A stretch of 64,000 bases of DNA from Bacillota bacterium (GCA_036677375.1 JAVBWO010000012.1:103995-167994); one strand, 5' to 3'; shown: positions 9,347-20,596, counted from the first letter of the stretch. The notes: a model not told the origin generated them from the sequence alone. Numbers and translations are program-made.

Positions 9347-11172
9347 TCCACGTCCTGGCTGTAAACCATTTCATCGTCCAGATAGATCTGTACCTGACCC
9401 TTTCCATAGAAGGGAACTTCCTGTACCACCACATCGCCGCCGGAATGGGTAGCGTTATATTCTTCATGGCTGCCTTTGGTGTCTACCACGACGATACGGA
9501 CATTATAAGTGGTGCCAGTTTGCGGCAAGCCATAAGTGACACGTGCTTTCTGCGGCAGCGGACCCGGCCCGTCGCTGATGGTCAGATCGATGCTGCTGCC
9601 TTCCATGATCTTGGTACCTTCCGTGGTACTTTGAGCAATTACGATGTCGGAGACATAATCGTTGCTTTCCTTGCGGGAAGTATCGCCTAGAGATAATTTA
9701 TATTCCGCCAGCTTTGCTTTAGCCTGGTCTAAGGTAAGCCCTACCAGCTTTGGCATGGTTACCTCCTGGCCCTTGCTGACTTGTAAGTAGACTGTGGAAT
9801 TTTTGGCAACCATATCTCCGTCCACCGGGTTTTGCCGCACCACTTCGCCAGGATCAACCACATCGCTTAAAACTTCTTCGATACTGACCTGGAGCATACG
9901 GTTAGACAAAAGTACTTCCGCCTCACGGCGGGTCATACCCACCACATTGGGAACCTTTACCTGCTGCGGGCCGTCGCTGACCACCACCCCGATAACCCTG
10001 TCTTTTTTCACGGTTTGCCCGTCGGCAATATCCTGAGAAATGATATAGTTAGCCGGAGTATCCTCATCATAACGGTGCTCCGAGGTAAGGGTCAAGCCAA
10101 GGCCCTGCAATTTTGCCGTGGCCTCTTCCAAGGTCATGCCCACTAAATCAGGAACTTCCACCTCATTGTCCTTTGTGAATTCATTGATCAGGCGATAGCC
10201 CATAAAAGCCGCCGCGATGGCTAAGGCCACCACCACCAGGGTAATCACCGCCATGGGGTTTAATTTGCGTTTAAGAGATTTAACTTTGTGTTCTCCCTCC
10301 AGATATGCCGCGTCGCCTTCCGGAACAGTTTTGGTCTCCATGCCGCCCCGGGCCAGGTTCATCCGAATCTGCCGCAAACTGTCCGCCATATCTTTGGCCG
10401 AAGGATAACGCAATTCAGGGTTTTTACGTAAAGCCCGCATGACAATAAAAGAAAGCTCTACTGGAATATCGGGATTTTTTTTATGGGGAGGCACCAAATC
10501 GCCGTTAACGTGAAGCATGGCGATGGATACGGCGCTATCTCCCTGAAAAGCCTGCTCGCCGGTGAGAAGCTCATACAAGACCACCCCGGCGGAATAAATG
10601 TCGGACCGCTCCGAGAGCGAAGCGCCTGTCACCTGTTCCGGTGAAATATAATGTACGGAACCCACGATGCTCCCGGTATAATTATGTGTAATATCGCCCA
10701 TGGCCACGGCAATGCCGAAATCCGTCACCTTTACCTGGCCGTTGGTATCGATCATGATATTACGAGGCTTGATGTCCCTGTGGATCACATTATGCTCATG
10801 GGCGTGCTGTAAAGCGTCTAAGATCTGGATCTCAATACGCAGCGCCTCATCCATGGTGAGCGGCCCTTTGTCCCGGATGTATTCCTTCAGAGAACAACCG
10901 TTGATATATTCCATGACCAGATAGTGCATATCTTCTTTAAATACAACATCATAGATACTGACGATATTGGGATGGGACAATGCCGCCACCGCCTGGGCTT
11001 CATGACGGAAACGGCGGACAAATTCCTCGTCGTTGGCAAACTGATCCTGCAAAATCTTAATCGTGACCATACGGTTTAAAAGAACATCCCGCGCTTTATA
11101 CACAATGGAAGTGCCGCCCTGGCCCAATTTTTCCATAATTTCATAACGTTTATGAAATATTTGACCAATCAT
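9343..11172 (-). CDS. prkC: Ser/Thr protein kinase with PASTA repeats (PrkC)
   Basis: Hanks kinase motifs (GQGGTSIVYKA, HRDIKPRN, DFGIA), a TM segment and three PASTA repeats. Start trimmed to MIGQIFHKRYEI with GGAGGTGAAAAG RBS. Confidence 0.9.
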   Translation of the reverse strand: MIGQIFHKRYEIMEKLGQGGTSIVYKARDVLLNRMVTIKILQDQFANDEEFVRRFRHEAQAVAALSHPNIVSIYDVVFKEDMHYLVMEYINGCSLKEYIRDKGPLTMDEALRIEIQILDALQHAHEHNVIHRDIKPRNIMIDTNGQVKVTDFGIAVAMGDITHNYTGSIVGSVHYISPEQVTGASLSERSDIYSAGVVLYELLTGEQAFQGDSAVSIAMLHVNGDLVPPHKKNPDIPVELSFIVMRALRKNPELRYPSAKDMADSLRQIRMNLARGGMETKTVPEGDAAYLEGEHKVKSLKRKLNPMAVITLVVVALAIAAAFMGYRLINEFTKDNEVEVPDLVGMTLEEATAKLQGLGLTLTSEHRYDEDTPANYIISQDIADGQTVKKDRVIGVVVSDGPQQVKVPNVVGMTRREAEVLLSNRMLQVSIEEVLSDVVDPGEVVRQNPVDGDMVAKNSTVYLQVSKGQEVTMPKLVGLTLDQAKAKLAEYKLSLGDTSRKESNDYVSDIVIAQSTTEGTKIMEGSSIDLTISDGPGPLPQKARVTYGLPQTGTTYNVRIVVVDTKGSHEEYNATHSGGDVVVQEVPFYGKGQVQIYLDDEMVYSQDVE

Positions 11173-11176
11173 CTTT

Positions 11177-11905
11177 TCACCTCCGCCCTTGCTCCTGCCA
11201 TACCAAGACGGCAGAGATATTATCAAGACCACCCCGCGCCAGCGCCAATGCAGTCAGTTGCTGTAAAACATCCTCAGGGTTCTTGGCTACTGCCATGGCC
11301 TGCGTGATTTCCGTGTGGGATACCGGATTGCTCATGCCGTCGGTACATAGGAGCACACGATCTCCCGGTTTCAAATCAACCGAAAAAATATCCACATCCA
11401 CCCGGACGGATACTCCAAGCGCCCTGGTTATTATATGCCGTTGGGGATGTTCTTTTGCCTGCTCTTCGGTGATTTTACCTTCGCGCACCATTTCACCCAC
11501 TACGGAATGATCTTGGGTCAGAAGTTTCAGTATACCTTTCCTGTAAAGGTAGGCCCGGCTGTCGCCCACATGAGCAATATAGCAGGTTTTACCGGCACAC
11601 CACAGCACCGTAAGAGTCGTTCCCATACCGTTATACTGCAATTCCTCAATGCCTTTTGTATAAATACAGTCATTGGCCCGGTAAAAGCCCGCCCGCAGCA
11701 TTTCTTCCGGGCCGGCTTCCCCGTTGCTCTTTTCCAGCAATTCCTGGGCCATGATCTCCACAGCCAAGGCGCTGGCAATTTCGCCGCCATAAGCGCCTCC
11801 CATGCCGTCGGCTACCATAAAAAGCCCCGATTCCGGCTGGCAAAAGACCCTGTCTTCGTTGTTGCTCCGCACCAGGCCCGTTTTGGATATACTTACCCCC
11901 TGCAT
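11177..11905 (-). CDS. stp: PP2C-family Ser/Thr phosphatase (Stp/PrpC)
   Basis: PP2C metal-binding motifs (ADGMGG, DGMSN). Immediately upstream of prkC. Confidence 0.9.
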   Translation of the reverse strand: MQGVSISKTGLVRSNNEDRVFCQPESGLFMVADGMGGAYGGEIASALAVEIMAQELLEKSNGEAGPEEMLRAGFYRANDCIYTKGIEELQYNGMGTTLTVLWCAGKTCYIAHVGDSRAYLYRKGILKLLTQDHSVVGEMVREGKITEEQAKEHPQRHIITRALGVSVRVDVDIFSVDLKPGDRVLLCTDGMSNPVSHTEITQAMAVAKNPEDVLQQLTALALARGGLDNISAVLVWQEQGRR

Positions 11906-12052
11906 GCTGCACCTCCGGTTTCTATTTCAAACTATGTCGTGATACTGCAACGATTTATTCGATTTCATTTTTGTTTGCTAAAGATAAAACGAATCGTCAT
12001 CCTTCAATCCGTTACACATTATTTTATAAAACCGTTTCATTGACTTTTATTT

Positions 12053-13156
12053 TTACTCACTGTCATGTTGGATGGGATCGGCCGATTCCTGTTTTTCCTG
12101 TTTTTGTGCGTGATATTCCTGGCGTAACTGCCCACAGGCCGCCAGGATATCCCCTCCTCGGGATTCCCGGACACTCACCGGCACGCCATGATTTTCCAAA
12201 ACTTTGGCAAATTCCGCAACCTTTTCCTTGCCGGAAGGCAGAAACCCGCTTCCGGGCACCAGATTTGCCGGAATGAGATTGACATGAGACAACGTCCCTT
12301 TCAGCAAATGACCCAGGGCCGCCGCGTCTTCCTTGCGGTCATTGACGCCTTCAAACAAAGCATATTCATAAGTGATACGCCTGCCGGTAACTTTAGCGTA
12401 ATGGCGGCAGGCCTGTAAAAGATCCACAATGGGATAAGCGGCATTCACCGGCATGAGTATGTTTCTGACCTCGTCTTTCGCCGCATGCAAGGAAACCGCC
12501 AGATTGATGGCCAGCTCTTCCTCGGCCAGCTTATAGATCTGAGGCACCAAGCCGCAGGTAGATACCGTGATCCGGCGCTGTCCGATATTCATGCCCTGCG
12601 AATTGTTGAGCAAGCCAATACTTTTTAATACCGCGGGCATATTGGCCAAAGGTTCCCCCATACCCATATAGACCACGTTGCTGATGCCGGTAAACTGATG
12701 CCGCCGGCACCAGGCGTCGGCCAACTGCACCTGCGCTACGATTTCTCCGGCGGTAAGGTTCCGTTTGAAGCCGTCCAAGGCGGTGGCGCAAAAAACGCAA
12801 CCCATACCGCAGCCCACTTGGGTGCTGATACAACAGGTCTGGCGATCCTTAGCTTTATTCCTGGTATAAAGCATGATGACCATTTCGGTGGTATTGCCGT
12901 CCTGCCACTGCAAAAGCAGCTTGACGGTATCCCTCTTGGCCGAAAGATTTTCCTGCAAAATTTCCGGTGTAGCCAAAACAAAATTGGCCTCCAGCCAATT
13001 GATAATGTCCTTGGGCAAATTGCTCATGGCGGTAAAGGAGACCGCTCCTTTTTGCTGTATCCACTGGAAGACCTGATTGCCCCGATAAGGTGCGAAACCT
13101 GCTTCCATCACTTGTTCGATGAGTTCTTTTTGCCCGACACTCCGTAAATCCAGCAT
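12053..13156 (-). CDS. rlmN: 23S rRNA (adenine2503-C2)-methyltransferase RlmN (radical SAM)
   Basis: CxxxCxxC radical-SAM motif (GCGMGCVFCAT). Conserved position in the rsmB-rlmN-stp-prkC cluster. Confidence 0.9.
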   Translation of the reverse strand: MLDLRSVGQKELIEQVMEAGFAPYRGNQVFQWIQQKGAVSFTAMSNLPKDIINWLEANFVLATPEILQENLSAKRDTVKLLLQWQDGNTTEMVIMLYTRNKAKDRQTCCISTQVGCGMGCVFCATALDGFKRNLTAGEIVAQVQLADAWCRRHQFTGISNVVYMGMGEPLANMPAVLKSIGLLNNSQGMNIGQRRITVSTCGLVPQIYKLAEEELAINLAVSLHAAKDEVRNILMPVNAAYPIVDLLQACRHYAKVTGRRITYEYALFEGVNDRKEDAAALGHLLKGTLSHVNLIPANLVPGSGFLPSGKEKVAEFAKVLENHGVPVSVRESRGGDILAACGQLRQEYHAQKQEKQESADPIQHDSE

Positions 13157-13159
13157 CCT

Positions 13160-14542
13160 TTACTCCTTCCGTTCCAACAAAGCTAAAAAGAATCCGTCGG
13201 TTCCGCTCCGCTGCGGCCATATTTGCCACATGGCGGCTCCCTCCGCCTGCCAAGCCTTAGGCAAAGCCGGCAAAGGAACCAAATGGAACGCCGGGTGATT
13301 TTTTAAGAAAGCCGCAACATTGTCCTGATTCTCCTCATGGGTCAGCGTGCAGGTGGAATAAAGCAATCTGCCGCCTTTTTTGACGTAAGCCGCGGCATTG
13401 TCCAGGATCTTGCCGCTCAGCAATGCCATCTCACAAATGAGCGCCGGCGATTTCTGCCATCTGGCGTCCGGCCTGCGGCCTAAGACGCCCAAACCTGAGC
13501 AGGGCGCGTCCACCAAAACGGCATCCGCCCAATCCAGAAGCTCACGGTTTAACACTGCGGCGTCTCCTAATGCGGCATGAACAATATGAACCCCCAACCG
13601 ACGGCAGTTTTCCTCGATCAGAGCGATTTTATGGGGATAAACATCAAAAGCCCTGATCTCGCCGGAGTCTTCCATCAACTGAGCCAAATAGGTGGTTTTA
13701 CCTCCCGGCGCCGCGCATAAGTCCAGCACCTTACCGCCGGGCGGCGGCGCTAAGTTCAAAGCCGCCAGCTGCGAGCTTTCATCCTGCACCAACACTTTGC
13801 CTTGCCGGAAGATCGCCAAAGAGCCGGGAGCGTTTCCCCCTTGCAGGATGACGGCATCCGGCGCCCAAAGTCCCTCTTTCGCTTCTATGCCCAAAGCGGC
13901 CAGTTCCGCCAGAACCTCTCCTTTGGTAATTTGCAGCGTATTGACCCGCAGGGTCAGGGGCGATGTTTCATTGTTTTTTTGGCAAAGGGCCATGGTCTCC
14001 TCAGGGCCCAGCTCCGCGAGCCAGCGCTCCACCAGGAAAACAGGATGGCTTTCCGTTACCGCGATATATTTTACCATATTTTCCGCCGGATCCGGCCAGG
14101 AAATGGTTTCCAGGCTGGCGGCGATTTTTCTCAAAACGCCATTCACCAAACGCACCGTGCCCTCATGGCCATGTTTTTTGGCCAGCTTGACACTTTCATT
14201 GACCGCGGCGGAAGCAGGAATCTTGTCCATATAATAGAGCTGATAAACACCTAAACGCAAAATAAGCAGGATCTTCAATGGCAGTTTGTTCAGCGGTCTT
14301 GTGAGAAACTGCCCGATCATGTGATCCAAAGCCGCTTGCCGGCGCAAAACGCCATAGACCAACTGCGTAATGAGAGCGGCGTCCTGCCGGGTTAAATCAT
14401 TTGACGATAATTCCTTATCCAGCAACAGATTGGCATAAGCGCCGTCATTTGCCACCCGGTATAATAGAGAAAAGGCCAATTCCCTGGAATTGACCTTTTT
14501 GATCTGTTGGGCCGCTTTAGTCACGGCGCGCACCACCTGCAA
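13160..14542 (-). CDS. rsmB: 16S rRNA (cytosine967-C5)-methyltransferase RsmB
   Basis: NusB-like N-terminus plus SAM MTase motifs (VLDLCAAPGGKT, DAPCSGLG). Exact start uncertain (overlaps the upstream gene by 26 nt). Confidence 0.85.
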   Translation of the reverse strand: MQVVRAVTKAAQQIKKVNSRELAFSLLYRVANDGAYANLLLDKELSSNDLTRQDAALITQLVYGVLRRQAALDHMIGQFLTRPLNKLPLKILLILRLGVYQLYYMDKIPASAAVNESVKLAKKHGHEGTVRLVNGVLRKIAASLETISWPDPAENMVKYIAVTESHPVFLVERWLAELGPEETMALCQKNNETSPLTLRVNTLQITKGEVLAELAALGIEAKEGLWAPDAVILQGGNAPGSLAIFRQGKVLVQDESSQLAALNLAPPPGGKVLDLCAAPGGKTTYLAQLMEDSGEIRAFDVYPHKIALIEENCRRLGVHIVHAALGDAAVLNRELLDWADAVLVDAPCSGLGVLGRRPDARWQKSPALICEMALLSGKILDNAAAYVKKGGRLLYSTCTLTHEENQDNVAAFLKNHPAFHLVPLPALPKAWQAEGAAMWQIWPQRSGTDGFFLALLERKE

Positions 14543-15203
14543 TGAGTAAAAGACGCAGCAAAGTCAAGACAGCGGTTAAAGCTGCGGCCACATAGGTCAG
14601 GGCGGCGGCATTCAATACTTTTTTAGCGCCGGCCAGCTCCTCGTCTTGAAGATAACCGCCGCCTTCCAAGGCTACGATGGCCCGGCTGGAAGCATTGTAT
14701 TCCAAAGGCAAAGTCACCAGTTGAAAGACCACCACGGCAACAAAGACCGCAACCCCGGCCATAGCCAGGTTAAAGCTTCCCATAAATAGCCCGACGATCA
14801 GAATAAGCCAGGAAGCATAGTTACCGAACTGCGCCACCGGCGCGATGGCATTTCTAATCTGCATCGGCGCATAATTTTCTTTCTGCTGGATCGCATGGCC
14901 TACTTCGTGAGCCGCCACGCCCAAGGCCGCCAAAGAGCGGCTGTTATAGACCGGCTGGGACAGGCGCAGCACCTTGCTTCTGGGGTCATAATGGTCGGAA
15001 AGATTGCCCTGTACCTGTTCAATGCGAACATCGGACAAGCCGTTGGCATCTAAAATCGCTCTTGCGGTCTGCGCGGCGGTATAACCGGACCGCGAGCCGA
15101 TTTGGGAATATTTTTTGAATGCGCTGCTAACCCTGGCTTGCGCCCAGGCGGCAATAATAATCCCTGGGATCAAAATTATGATCGTCCAGTCGTACCAAAA
15201 CAT
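14517..15203 (-). CDS. zinc metallopeptidase family membrane protein (HExxH)
   Basis: HEVGHAIQ zinc motif between TM helices. Start trimmed to MFWYDW 8 nt after AAGGAGGG. Confidence 0.7.
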   Translation of the reverse strand: MFWYDWTIIILIPGIIIAAWAQARVSSAFKKYSQIGSRSGYTAAQTARAILDANGLSDVRIEQVQGNLSDHYDPRSKVLRLSQPVYNSRSLAALGVAAHEVGHAIQQKENYAPMQIRNAIAPVAQFGNYASWLILIVGLFMGSFNLAMAGVAVFVAVVVFQLVTLPLEYNASSRAIVALEGGGYLQDEELAGAKKVLNAAALTYVAAALTAVLTLLRLLLIAGGARRD

Positions 15204-15392
15204 ATTTTTCCCTCCTTCATGACAAAAAACCAACCGTGGATTCAGAATTTTCACTTCGGTTCATTCTCAACCGTTTTTTCTACATCGCTCTCACGCCGGC
15301 ACTGGATAAACCTATAATACCAGGCGTTTTTAAATTTTTTTAGATCCTAAATGCTCGCCGCATCTATTCTGAAAGCTTGGGATGCGGCATCT

Positions 15393-16322
15393 TTATTCAA
15401 AGCATCCCTCTTGATTTTTGCCCAGTCCCCGGTACCAGTCGACCGCCTGCATCCGGCTTTTGCCAAAGGGCTGCACCGCCTGAAGGAGCAGAGCTCCTTC
15501 GCCGCAGGCTACCCTGACGCCCTCTTTTCCAATACCCAAGACGGTGCCGGGTTGCGCTCCCGCCGCCTCCGCCAAAGGACTGGCCTTCCATATCTTAAAA
15601 ACTTCGTCCTGCCATTTTGTATAGGCTCCCGGCCAGGGGGACAGGCCCCGGATCTGACAAGCCAGCACCGCGGCGCTTTTTTGCCAGTCAATTCGTTCAT
15701 GTTCCCGCTTTAAAAGAGCGGCATAGGTGGAATCGGCATGATTTTGCGGGATACGGGGTGCTTTGCCCGCCTGAATCAACGCCACGGTTTCCACAATAAG
15801 CGCCGCTCCCAGAGCCGAAAGCTTTTCATAAAGCTTTCCGGTATCGTCCTCTTCTGCAATGGAAAGCGAACGCTGCAGGATTATATCCCCGGTATCCAGA
15901 TTTTCATCCATATACATGGTAGTAATGCCGGTCTCCTTTTCGCCGTTGATCAGCGCCCAATGAATAGGAGCCGCTCCCCGGTAACGGGGCAAAAGCGAAG
16001 CATGGATGTTCACCGCTCCCAAAGGAGCCAGCTCCAGCAAAGGTTTTTTTAAAATTTGTCCGAAAGCCGCCACCACCAAAAGCTCCGGCTGCCAGGCGGC
16101 AATCTCCTCCAAAACCTCCGGTTCATTGACATTTTCCGGCGTGATGACGGCAAGACCCGCCTTGATGGCCGCCTCTTTCACCGGCGTCTGAGTCAATTGC
16201 CCTTTGCGGCCTTTGGGCCGATCCGGCTGGCTGACCACGCCAGTGATCTCATGTCCCGCCTCGCGCAATGCCAAAAGGGGCGATACGGCAAAATCGGGGC
16301 TGCCCATATAGACGATACGCAT
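15393..16322 (-). CDS. fmt: methionyl-tRNA formyltransferase
   Basis: MRIVYMGSPDFAV N-terminus, formyl transferase core and C-terminal domain. Follows def. Confidence 0.92.
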   Translation of the reverse strand: MRIVYMGSPDFAVSPLLALREAGHEITGVVSQPDRPKGRKGQLTQTPVKEAAIKAGLAVITPENVNEPEVLEEIAAWQPELLVVAAFGQILKKPLLELAPLGAVNIHASLLPRYRGAAPIHWALINGEKETGITTMYMDENLDTGDIILQRSLSIAEEDDTGKLYEKLSALGAALIVETVALIQAGKAPRIPQNHADSTYAALLKREHERIDWQKSAAVLACQIRGLSPWPGAYTKWQDEVFKIWKASPLAEAAGAQPGTVLGIGKEGVRVACGEGALLLQAVQPFGKSRMQAVDWYRGLGKNQEGCFE

Positions 16323-16805
16323 CTATTCCTCCTTGGCCAATTCTTCTAATTCGGCCAAACTGACTTCTTTGGTCATTTTATCTACAAACAAGATCCCGTT
16401 TAGGTGATCGATCTCATGCTGCAAAGCGCGGGCCAGCATCCCTGTACCCTCAATGACAAATTCCCCGCCATTTCTGTTTTGAGCGGTCACCACGACCTTA
16501 GCGCCCCTGGGCACATAGCCGTTTCTGCCTTTGACGCTGAGACAGCCCTCTATTTCCACTTCCCTGCCCTCAGCTTTGATGATCAGCGGATTCACCAGTT
16601 CCACCAGGCCATCGCCCACGTCAATCACCACGACCCTTTTGCTGATACCGATCTGCGGCGCAGCCAGACCGGCGCCGTCTTCTTCGTATAAAGTATCCGC
16701 CATATCATCAAGCAAGGTGGCAAGCCGTTTGTCAAAACGTTTCACCGTCTGCGCCTGCTGCCTCAAAATATCATCCCCGATTTGCACGATATTATAAATT
16801 GCCAT
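16323..16805 (-). CDS. def: peptide deformylase
   Basis: Motifs GxGLAAPQ, EGCLS, HEIDHLNG. Start trimmed to MAIYNIVQIGDD with AGGAGAAAG RBS. Confidence 0.92.
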   Translation of the reverse strand: MAIYNIVQIGDDILRQQAQTVKRFDKRLATLLDDMADTLYEEDGAGLAAPQIGISKRVVVIDVGDGLVELVNPLIIKAEGREVEIEGCLSVKGRNGYVPRGAKVVVTAQNRNGGEFVIEGTGMLARALQHEIDHLNGILFVDKMTKEVSLAELEELAKEE

Positions 16806-16878
16806 CCTGTCTTTCTCCTTTGCATGTTCTTTTACATGTTCTTTGTTTTCTATCGCTTTATTATAACACATTTTCTCT

Positions 16879-19083
16879 TTACATCATACTCATAGGTTCC
16901 ACATCAATATGAATTTGTATGTCTTTGGCCCAACGGCTTTTTTTCCTGGCCATTGCCAGGCCTTCGGCCAGCGCTTGGCGCAGGATGGCAAGATCTTTGC
17001 CTCTGAGCATCAGATGAAAACGGTAACGGTCCTGCACTTTGCTGTAGGGAGCCGGCGCCGGCCCCGCTAAAACCACCTGTTCCGGCAGGCTTTCTTTTAG
17101 ATAACCGGCAACATCGCAAGCGGCGGCTTTGGCTTGATTCTCATTACCGCTTTGCACCACCAGGCGGATGATATGGCTAAAAGGAGGATACTGAAAGGCT
17201 TCTCTCCTTTTGATCTCTTGTTGATAAAAAAGAGCGTAATCCTGAGCGGCGGCGGCCTCTATGGCATCCTGCTCCGGCCGGTAAGTCTGGATGATGACCT
17301 TACCCTGACCTTTCCTGCCCGCTCTTCCCGCTACCTGGGTCAAAAGCTGGAAGGTCCGCTCACCGGCAGTCATTTCCGGCAGGTTCAAAGAAGTATCAGC
17401 CGCGATGACGCCCACCAAGGCCACCTGGGGAAAATCCAGCCCCTTGGCCACCATCTGGGTGCCCACCAAAATATCGATCCGCTCTTCCTTCATTTGACGA
17501 TAAACTTTTTCATAGGTTCCCCTGTCCTCGATGCTGTCCCTGTCCAGCCGGGCGATCCTGGCTTCCGGGAACAGCTTTGCCGTCTCTTCCGCCACCTTCT
17601 GGGTACCAGTACCGAAATGGCGGATGGCGCTGCCGCCGCAATTGGGACAAAGTATGGGCGGCGCTTGCACATAGCCGCAGGAATGGCATTTCAGCTGATT
17701 GCTTTTCTGGTGATAGGCCAAAGCCAAACTGCAATGGGGACATTCTACCACATAACCGCAATGGCGGCAAGAAACAAAAGTGGCAAACCCCCGGCGGTTC
17801 AAAAATAAAACGGCCTGTTTTTTGTTTTTCAAAGTCTCCCCCAGCGCTTGCTGCAAGGCATAACTGAAAATGGAACGGTTGCCGTTTTGCAGTTCCTGGC
17901 GCATATCCACCACTTCCACCGCCGCCAAAGGCAACCCTCCGATTCTGGAAGGCAAAAAAACCAGGCGGTAAGCGCCGTTTTGGGCCCGATAATAGCTTTC
18001 CAACGCCGGTGTGGCGCTCCCCATGAGAAGTTGGGCCCCTGTCAGGCGGCAACGTTCTTTGGCCGTTTCCCTGGCGTGGAAACGGGGGCTTTGCTCCTGT
18101 TTATAACTTTGCTCATGCTCTTCGTCCATAATAATGAGTCCCAGGCGGTTTAAAGGGGCAAATACGGCAGAACGCGCGCCTACTACCACATCGTATTTGC
18201 CCTGCGCCACCAAAAGCCAGGTCTGCCGCCTTTCGCTGTCCAAAAGACCTGAATGCAGAACTGCCAAAGGCTTGCCCAGACGCCCTGCGAGCATATCGAT
18301 CATCTGTGGCGTCAAGGAGATTTCCGGCACCAAAAACAGCACCTGTCTCCCCGCGGCCAGCACTTCTTTGGCCCTTTGCACATAAACCTCGGTCTTGCCG
18401 CTGCCGGTGACGCCGAAAAGCAGGACGGGCCGGTTTTGGCCTTGCGCTTCTTCCCTGACGGCGGCAAGAGCGCTTTGCTGCTCTTTGGTCAACTGCCTGT
18501 CCAAAGGTAGCAGTGCCGCTTCTTTTTCAATGTTCCAGACGGCTTTTTCTTCGATGCGAATGAGATTTTTTTTCGTCATGGCGCGGAGAATCGCGCGGTC
18601 TGCCACCGCCGTTACATCCTCTAAAAGAGCGCCGTTATGTTGGCCCAAATATGCCAAAACCGCTTTTTGCTGCCTGGCCCGTCCGGAAACCCGGTCAGGT
18701 TCTTGCAAGTAAACATATTTTTTCAGGATCTGACGGGGCAGCCGGCCGGAATTCATGCCCGCTGGGAGCATCGCCTGAAAGGCCGTAGCTTTGGGACAAA
18801 GATAATAATCGGCCAGCCATTCCCCCAAAGCCAGAAGCTCCGAAGAAAACAAGGGCGCGGTCCCCGTCATTTCCAGGATATCCTTGACTTTATCCGGCGA
18901 AACCTCCGGCGTTTCCGCCAGCTCTACTACGATGCCGTCTAAAATCTCATGCTGAAAAGGAACCCGGACGATACAGCCGGGGCTGAGGAATCCCTGCATG
19001 GCTTGGGGGATATGATAATGAAAGATCCTGTCCACCGCCTGAACCCTGCGGTTGATGATGACGGCTGCGTATGCCTTTTCCAA
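16879..19083 (-). CDS. priA: primosomal protein N' (replication restart helicase PriA)
   Basis: 734 aa. Walker A GVTGSGKT, DEEH box and a Cys4 zinc-binding region (CxxC...CxxC). Confidence 0.92.
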   Translation of the reverse strand: MEKAYAAVIINRRVQAVDRIFHYHIPQAMQGFLSPGCIVRVPFQHEILDGIVVELAETPEVSPDKVKDILEMTGTAPLFSSELLALGEWLADYYLCPKATAFQAMLPAGMNSGRLPRQILKKYVYLQEPDRVSGRARQQKAVLAYLGQHNGALLEDVTAVADRAILRAMTKKNLIRIEEKAVWNIEKEAALLPLDRQLTKEQQSALAAVREEAQGQNRPVLLFGVTGSGKTEVYVQRAKEVLAAGRQVLFLVPEISLTPQMIDMLAGRLGKPLAVLHSGLLDSERRQTWLLVAQGKYDVVVGARSAVFAPLNRLGLIIMDEEHEQSYKQEQSPRFHARETAKERCRLTGAQLLMGSATPALESYYRAQNGAYRLVFLPSRIGGLPLAAVEVVDMRQELQNGNRSIFSYALQQALGETLKNKKQAVLFLNRRGFATFVSCRHCGYVVECPHCSLALAYHQKSNQLKCHSCGYVQAPPILCPNCGGSAIRHFGTGTQKVAEETAKLFPEARIARLDRDSIEDRGTYEKVYRQMKEERIDILVGTQMVAKGLDFPQVALVGVIAADTSLNLPEMTAGERTFQLLTQVAGRAGRKGQGKVIIQTYRPEQDAIEAAAAQDYALFYQQEIKRREAFQYPPFSHIIRLVVQSGNENQAKAAACDVAGYLKESLPEQVVLAGPAPAPYSKVQDRYRFHLMLRGKDLAILRQALAEGLAMARKKSRWAKDIQIHIDVEPMSMM

Positions 19084-19159
19084 CCTATTGTCCCCCTTTT
19101 CATATTATTACTCATTATAACAAATAATTCTCTTTTTGCCATCTTCTTGACCAAAATAA

Positions 19160-19190
19160 CATAAAAAAGCCGGAGCAGTCGCTCCGGCTC
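19160..19190 (-). terminator. intrinsic terminator after spoVAE (AGCCGGAGC-gact-GCTCCGGCT plus T-run)
   Basis: Perfect 9-bp stem followed by TTTTTT on the minus strand. Confidence 0.75.
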
Positions 19191-19210
19191 AGTCATTGTT
19201 TCTGAAAATT

Positions 19211-19573
19211 TTATTCCCCCTTCGGTTTGAAAAAGACGGCCGCTAAAAACCCGAAAATAATGGCTGCGGAAATTCCGCCGGAAGTCACCTCAAAGACCCC
19301 TGTCAATACGCCGATGATCCCGGTACGGTTGGCCTCGTCCAAAGCGCCCTTCACCAAAGAATTGCCAAAGCTGACAATAGGTACGGTAGCTCCCGCTCCG
19401 GCCCATTCCACAAAGGGATCATAAAATCCCCAAAGGCCTAAAACCACACCGATGACAACTAATAAAGACATGGTGTGGGCCGGAGTCAGTTTCCCGATAT
19501 CCATGCAAAGCTGTCCGAAGACACAAATGGCTCCTCCTACCACAAAAGCAATCAGCACCTGCATCCAATCCAT
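19211..19573 (-). CDS. spoVAE: stage V sporulation protein AE (SpoVAEb-like)
   Basis: 120 aa membrane protein with the [13 protein letters not shown] motif. Follows spoVAD. Confidence 0.85.
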   Translation of the reverse strand: MDWMQVLIAFVVGGAICVFGQLCMDIGKLTPAHTMSLLVVIGVVLGLWGFYDPFVEWAGAGATVPIVSFGNSLVKGALDEANRTGIIGVLTGVFEVTSGGISAAIIFGFLAAVFFKPKGE

Positions 19574-19578
19574 GAAGA

Positions 19579-20586
19579 TCAGCTCCTTTCCAAGGCTACG
19601 GCATAGGCTATACCGGGAATGCTCTCGCTTTGCTGATAGGTCAAAGGCGACATCAACGCCCCGGTGGCCACCACGAGAATCTTATTAAGCAGCCCTTTTT
19701 GCAGCTGATTCAGCAAATAACCATAGGTGACGCTGGCACAGCAACCGCAGCCGCTGCCACCTGCGAAGACGTCCTGCTTTTCCCGGTCAAAGATGATAAG
19801 TCCGCAATCGTTGAATTTGGTCTGTTCAATGGTAATCCCTTTATCAGCAAGAAGCGTCTTAGCGATCTTGTGCCCTACCTCTCCCAAGTCTCCCGTGACA
19901 ATGAGATCAAAATATTGCGGTTGGATGTTGCGATCCTGTAAGTGCCTACAAATGGCATCCACTGCCGCCGGCGCCATCGCGGCTCCCATATCGAAAGGGT
20001 CGGTGCAACCCATATCCACCACCTTGCCGATGGTGGCGGCTCTGATCTTGGGCCCCTCGCCCACATCCGCCACCACGGCGGCGCCCGCTCCCGTCACTGT
20101 CCATTGTGCGGTAGGCGGCCTTTGAGCACCGTATTCATTGGGATTGCGGAATTGTTTTTCCGCCGTATTGTTATGACTGACGGTAGCAGCCAATACCTTT
20201 TTGGCAAAGCCACAGGAAACGATCTGCGCCGCCAAAGCCAGACTTTCCATGGAAGTGGAGCAAGCCCCGAACAGGCCAAGATAAGGCAGATTGAGGCCCC
20301 GGGCGGTAAAACTGGAAGAGGTAATCTGATTCATCAGATCACCGGCAATAAAAAGATCGATATCCGAAGGCATTAGGTTTGCCTTGGTGATAGCGGTGCG
20401 TCCTGCTTCTTCCAAAAGGCTTTGTTCGGCTTTTTCAAAAGTTTCTTGCCCCAACCAGGCATCTTCGTGGATTCTGTCAAATTCACTTTTTAAAGGCCCT
20501 TCCCCTTCCATTCTCCCGACCACGGTGGCTCCCGCCAGCACTACGGGAGCATTAGGGAAGCTCCAGGTTTGTTTTCCGATGAGCAT
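19579..20586 (-). CDS. spoVAD: stage V sporulation protein AD (thiolase-like fold)
   Basis: 335 aa. KAS/thiolase-like SpoVAD signature. Sits between spoVAC and spoVAE. Confidence 0.9.
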   Translation of the reverse strand: MLIGKQTWSFPNAPVVLAGATVVGRMEGEGPLKSEFDRIHEDAWLGQETFEKAEQSLLEEAGRTAITKANLMPSDIDLFIAGDLMNQITSSSFTARGLNLPYLGLFGACSTSMESLALAAQIVSCGFAKKVLAATVSHNNTAEKQFRNPNEYGAQRPPTAQWTVTGAGAAVVADVGEGPKIRAATIGKVVDMGCTDPFDMGAAMAPAAVDAICRHLQDRNIQPQYFDLIVTGDLGEVGHKIAKTLLADKGITIEQTKFNDCGLIIFDREKQDVFAGGSGCGCCASVTYGYLLNQLQKGLLNKILVVATGALMSPLTYQQSESIPGIAYAVALERS

Positions 20587-20596
20587 AATGATCCTC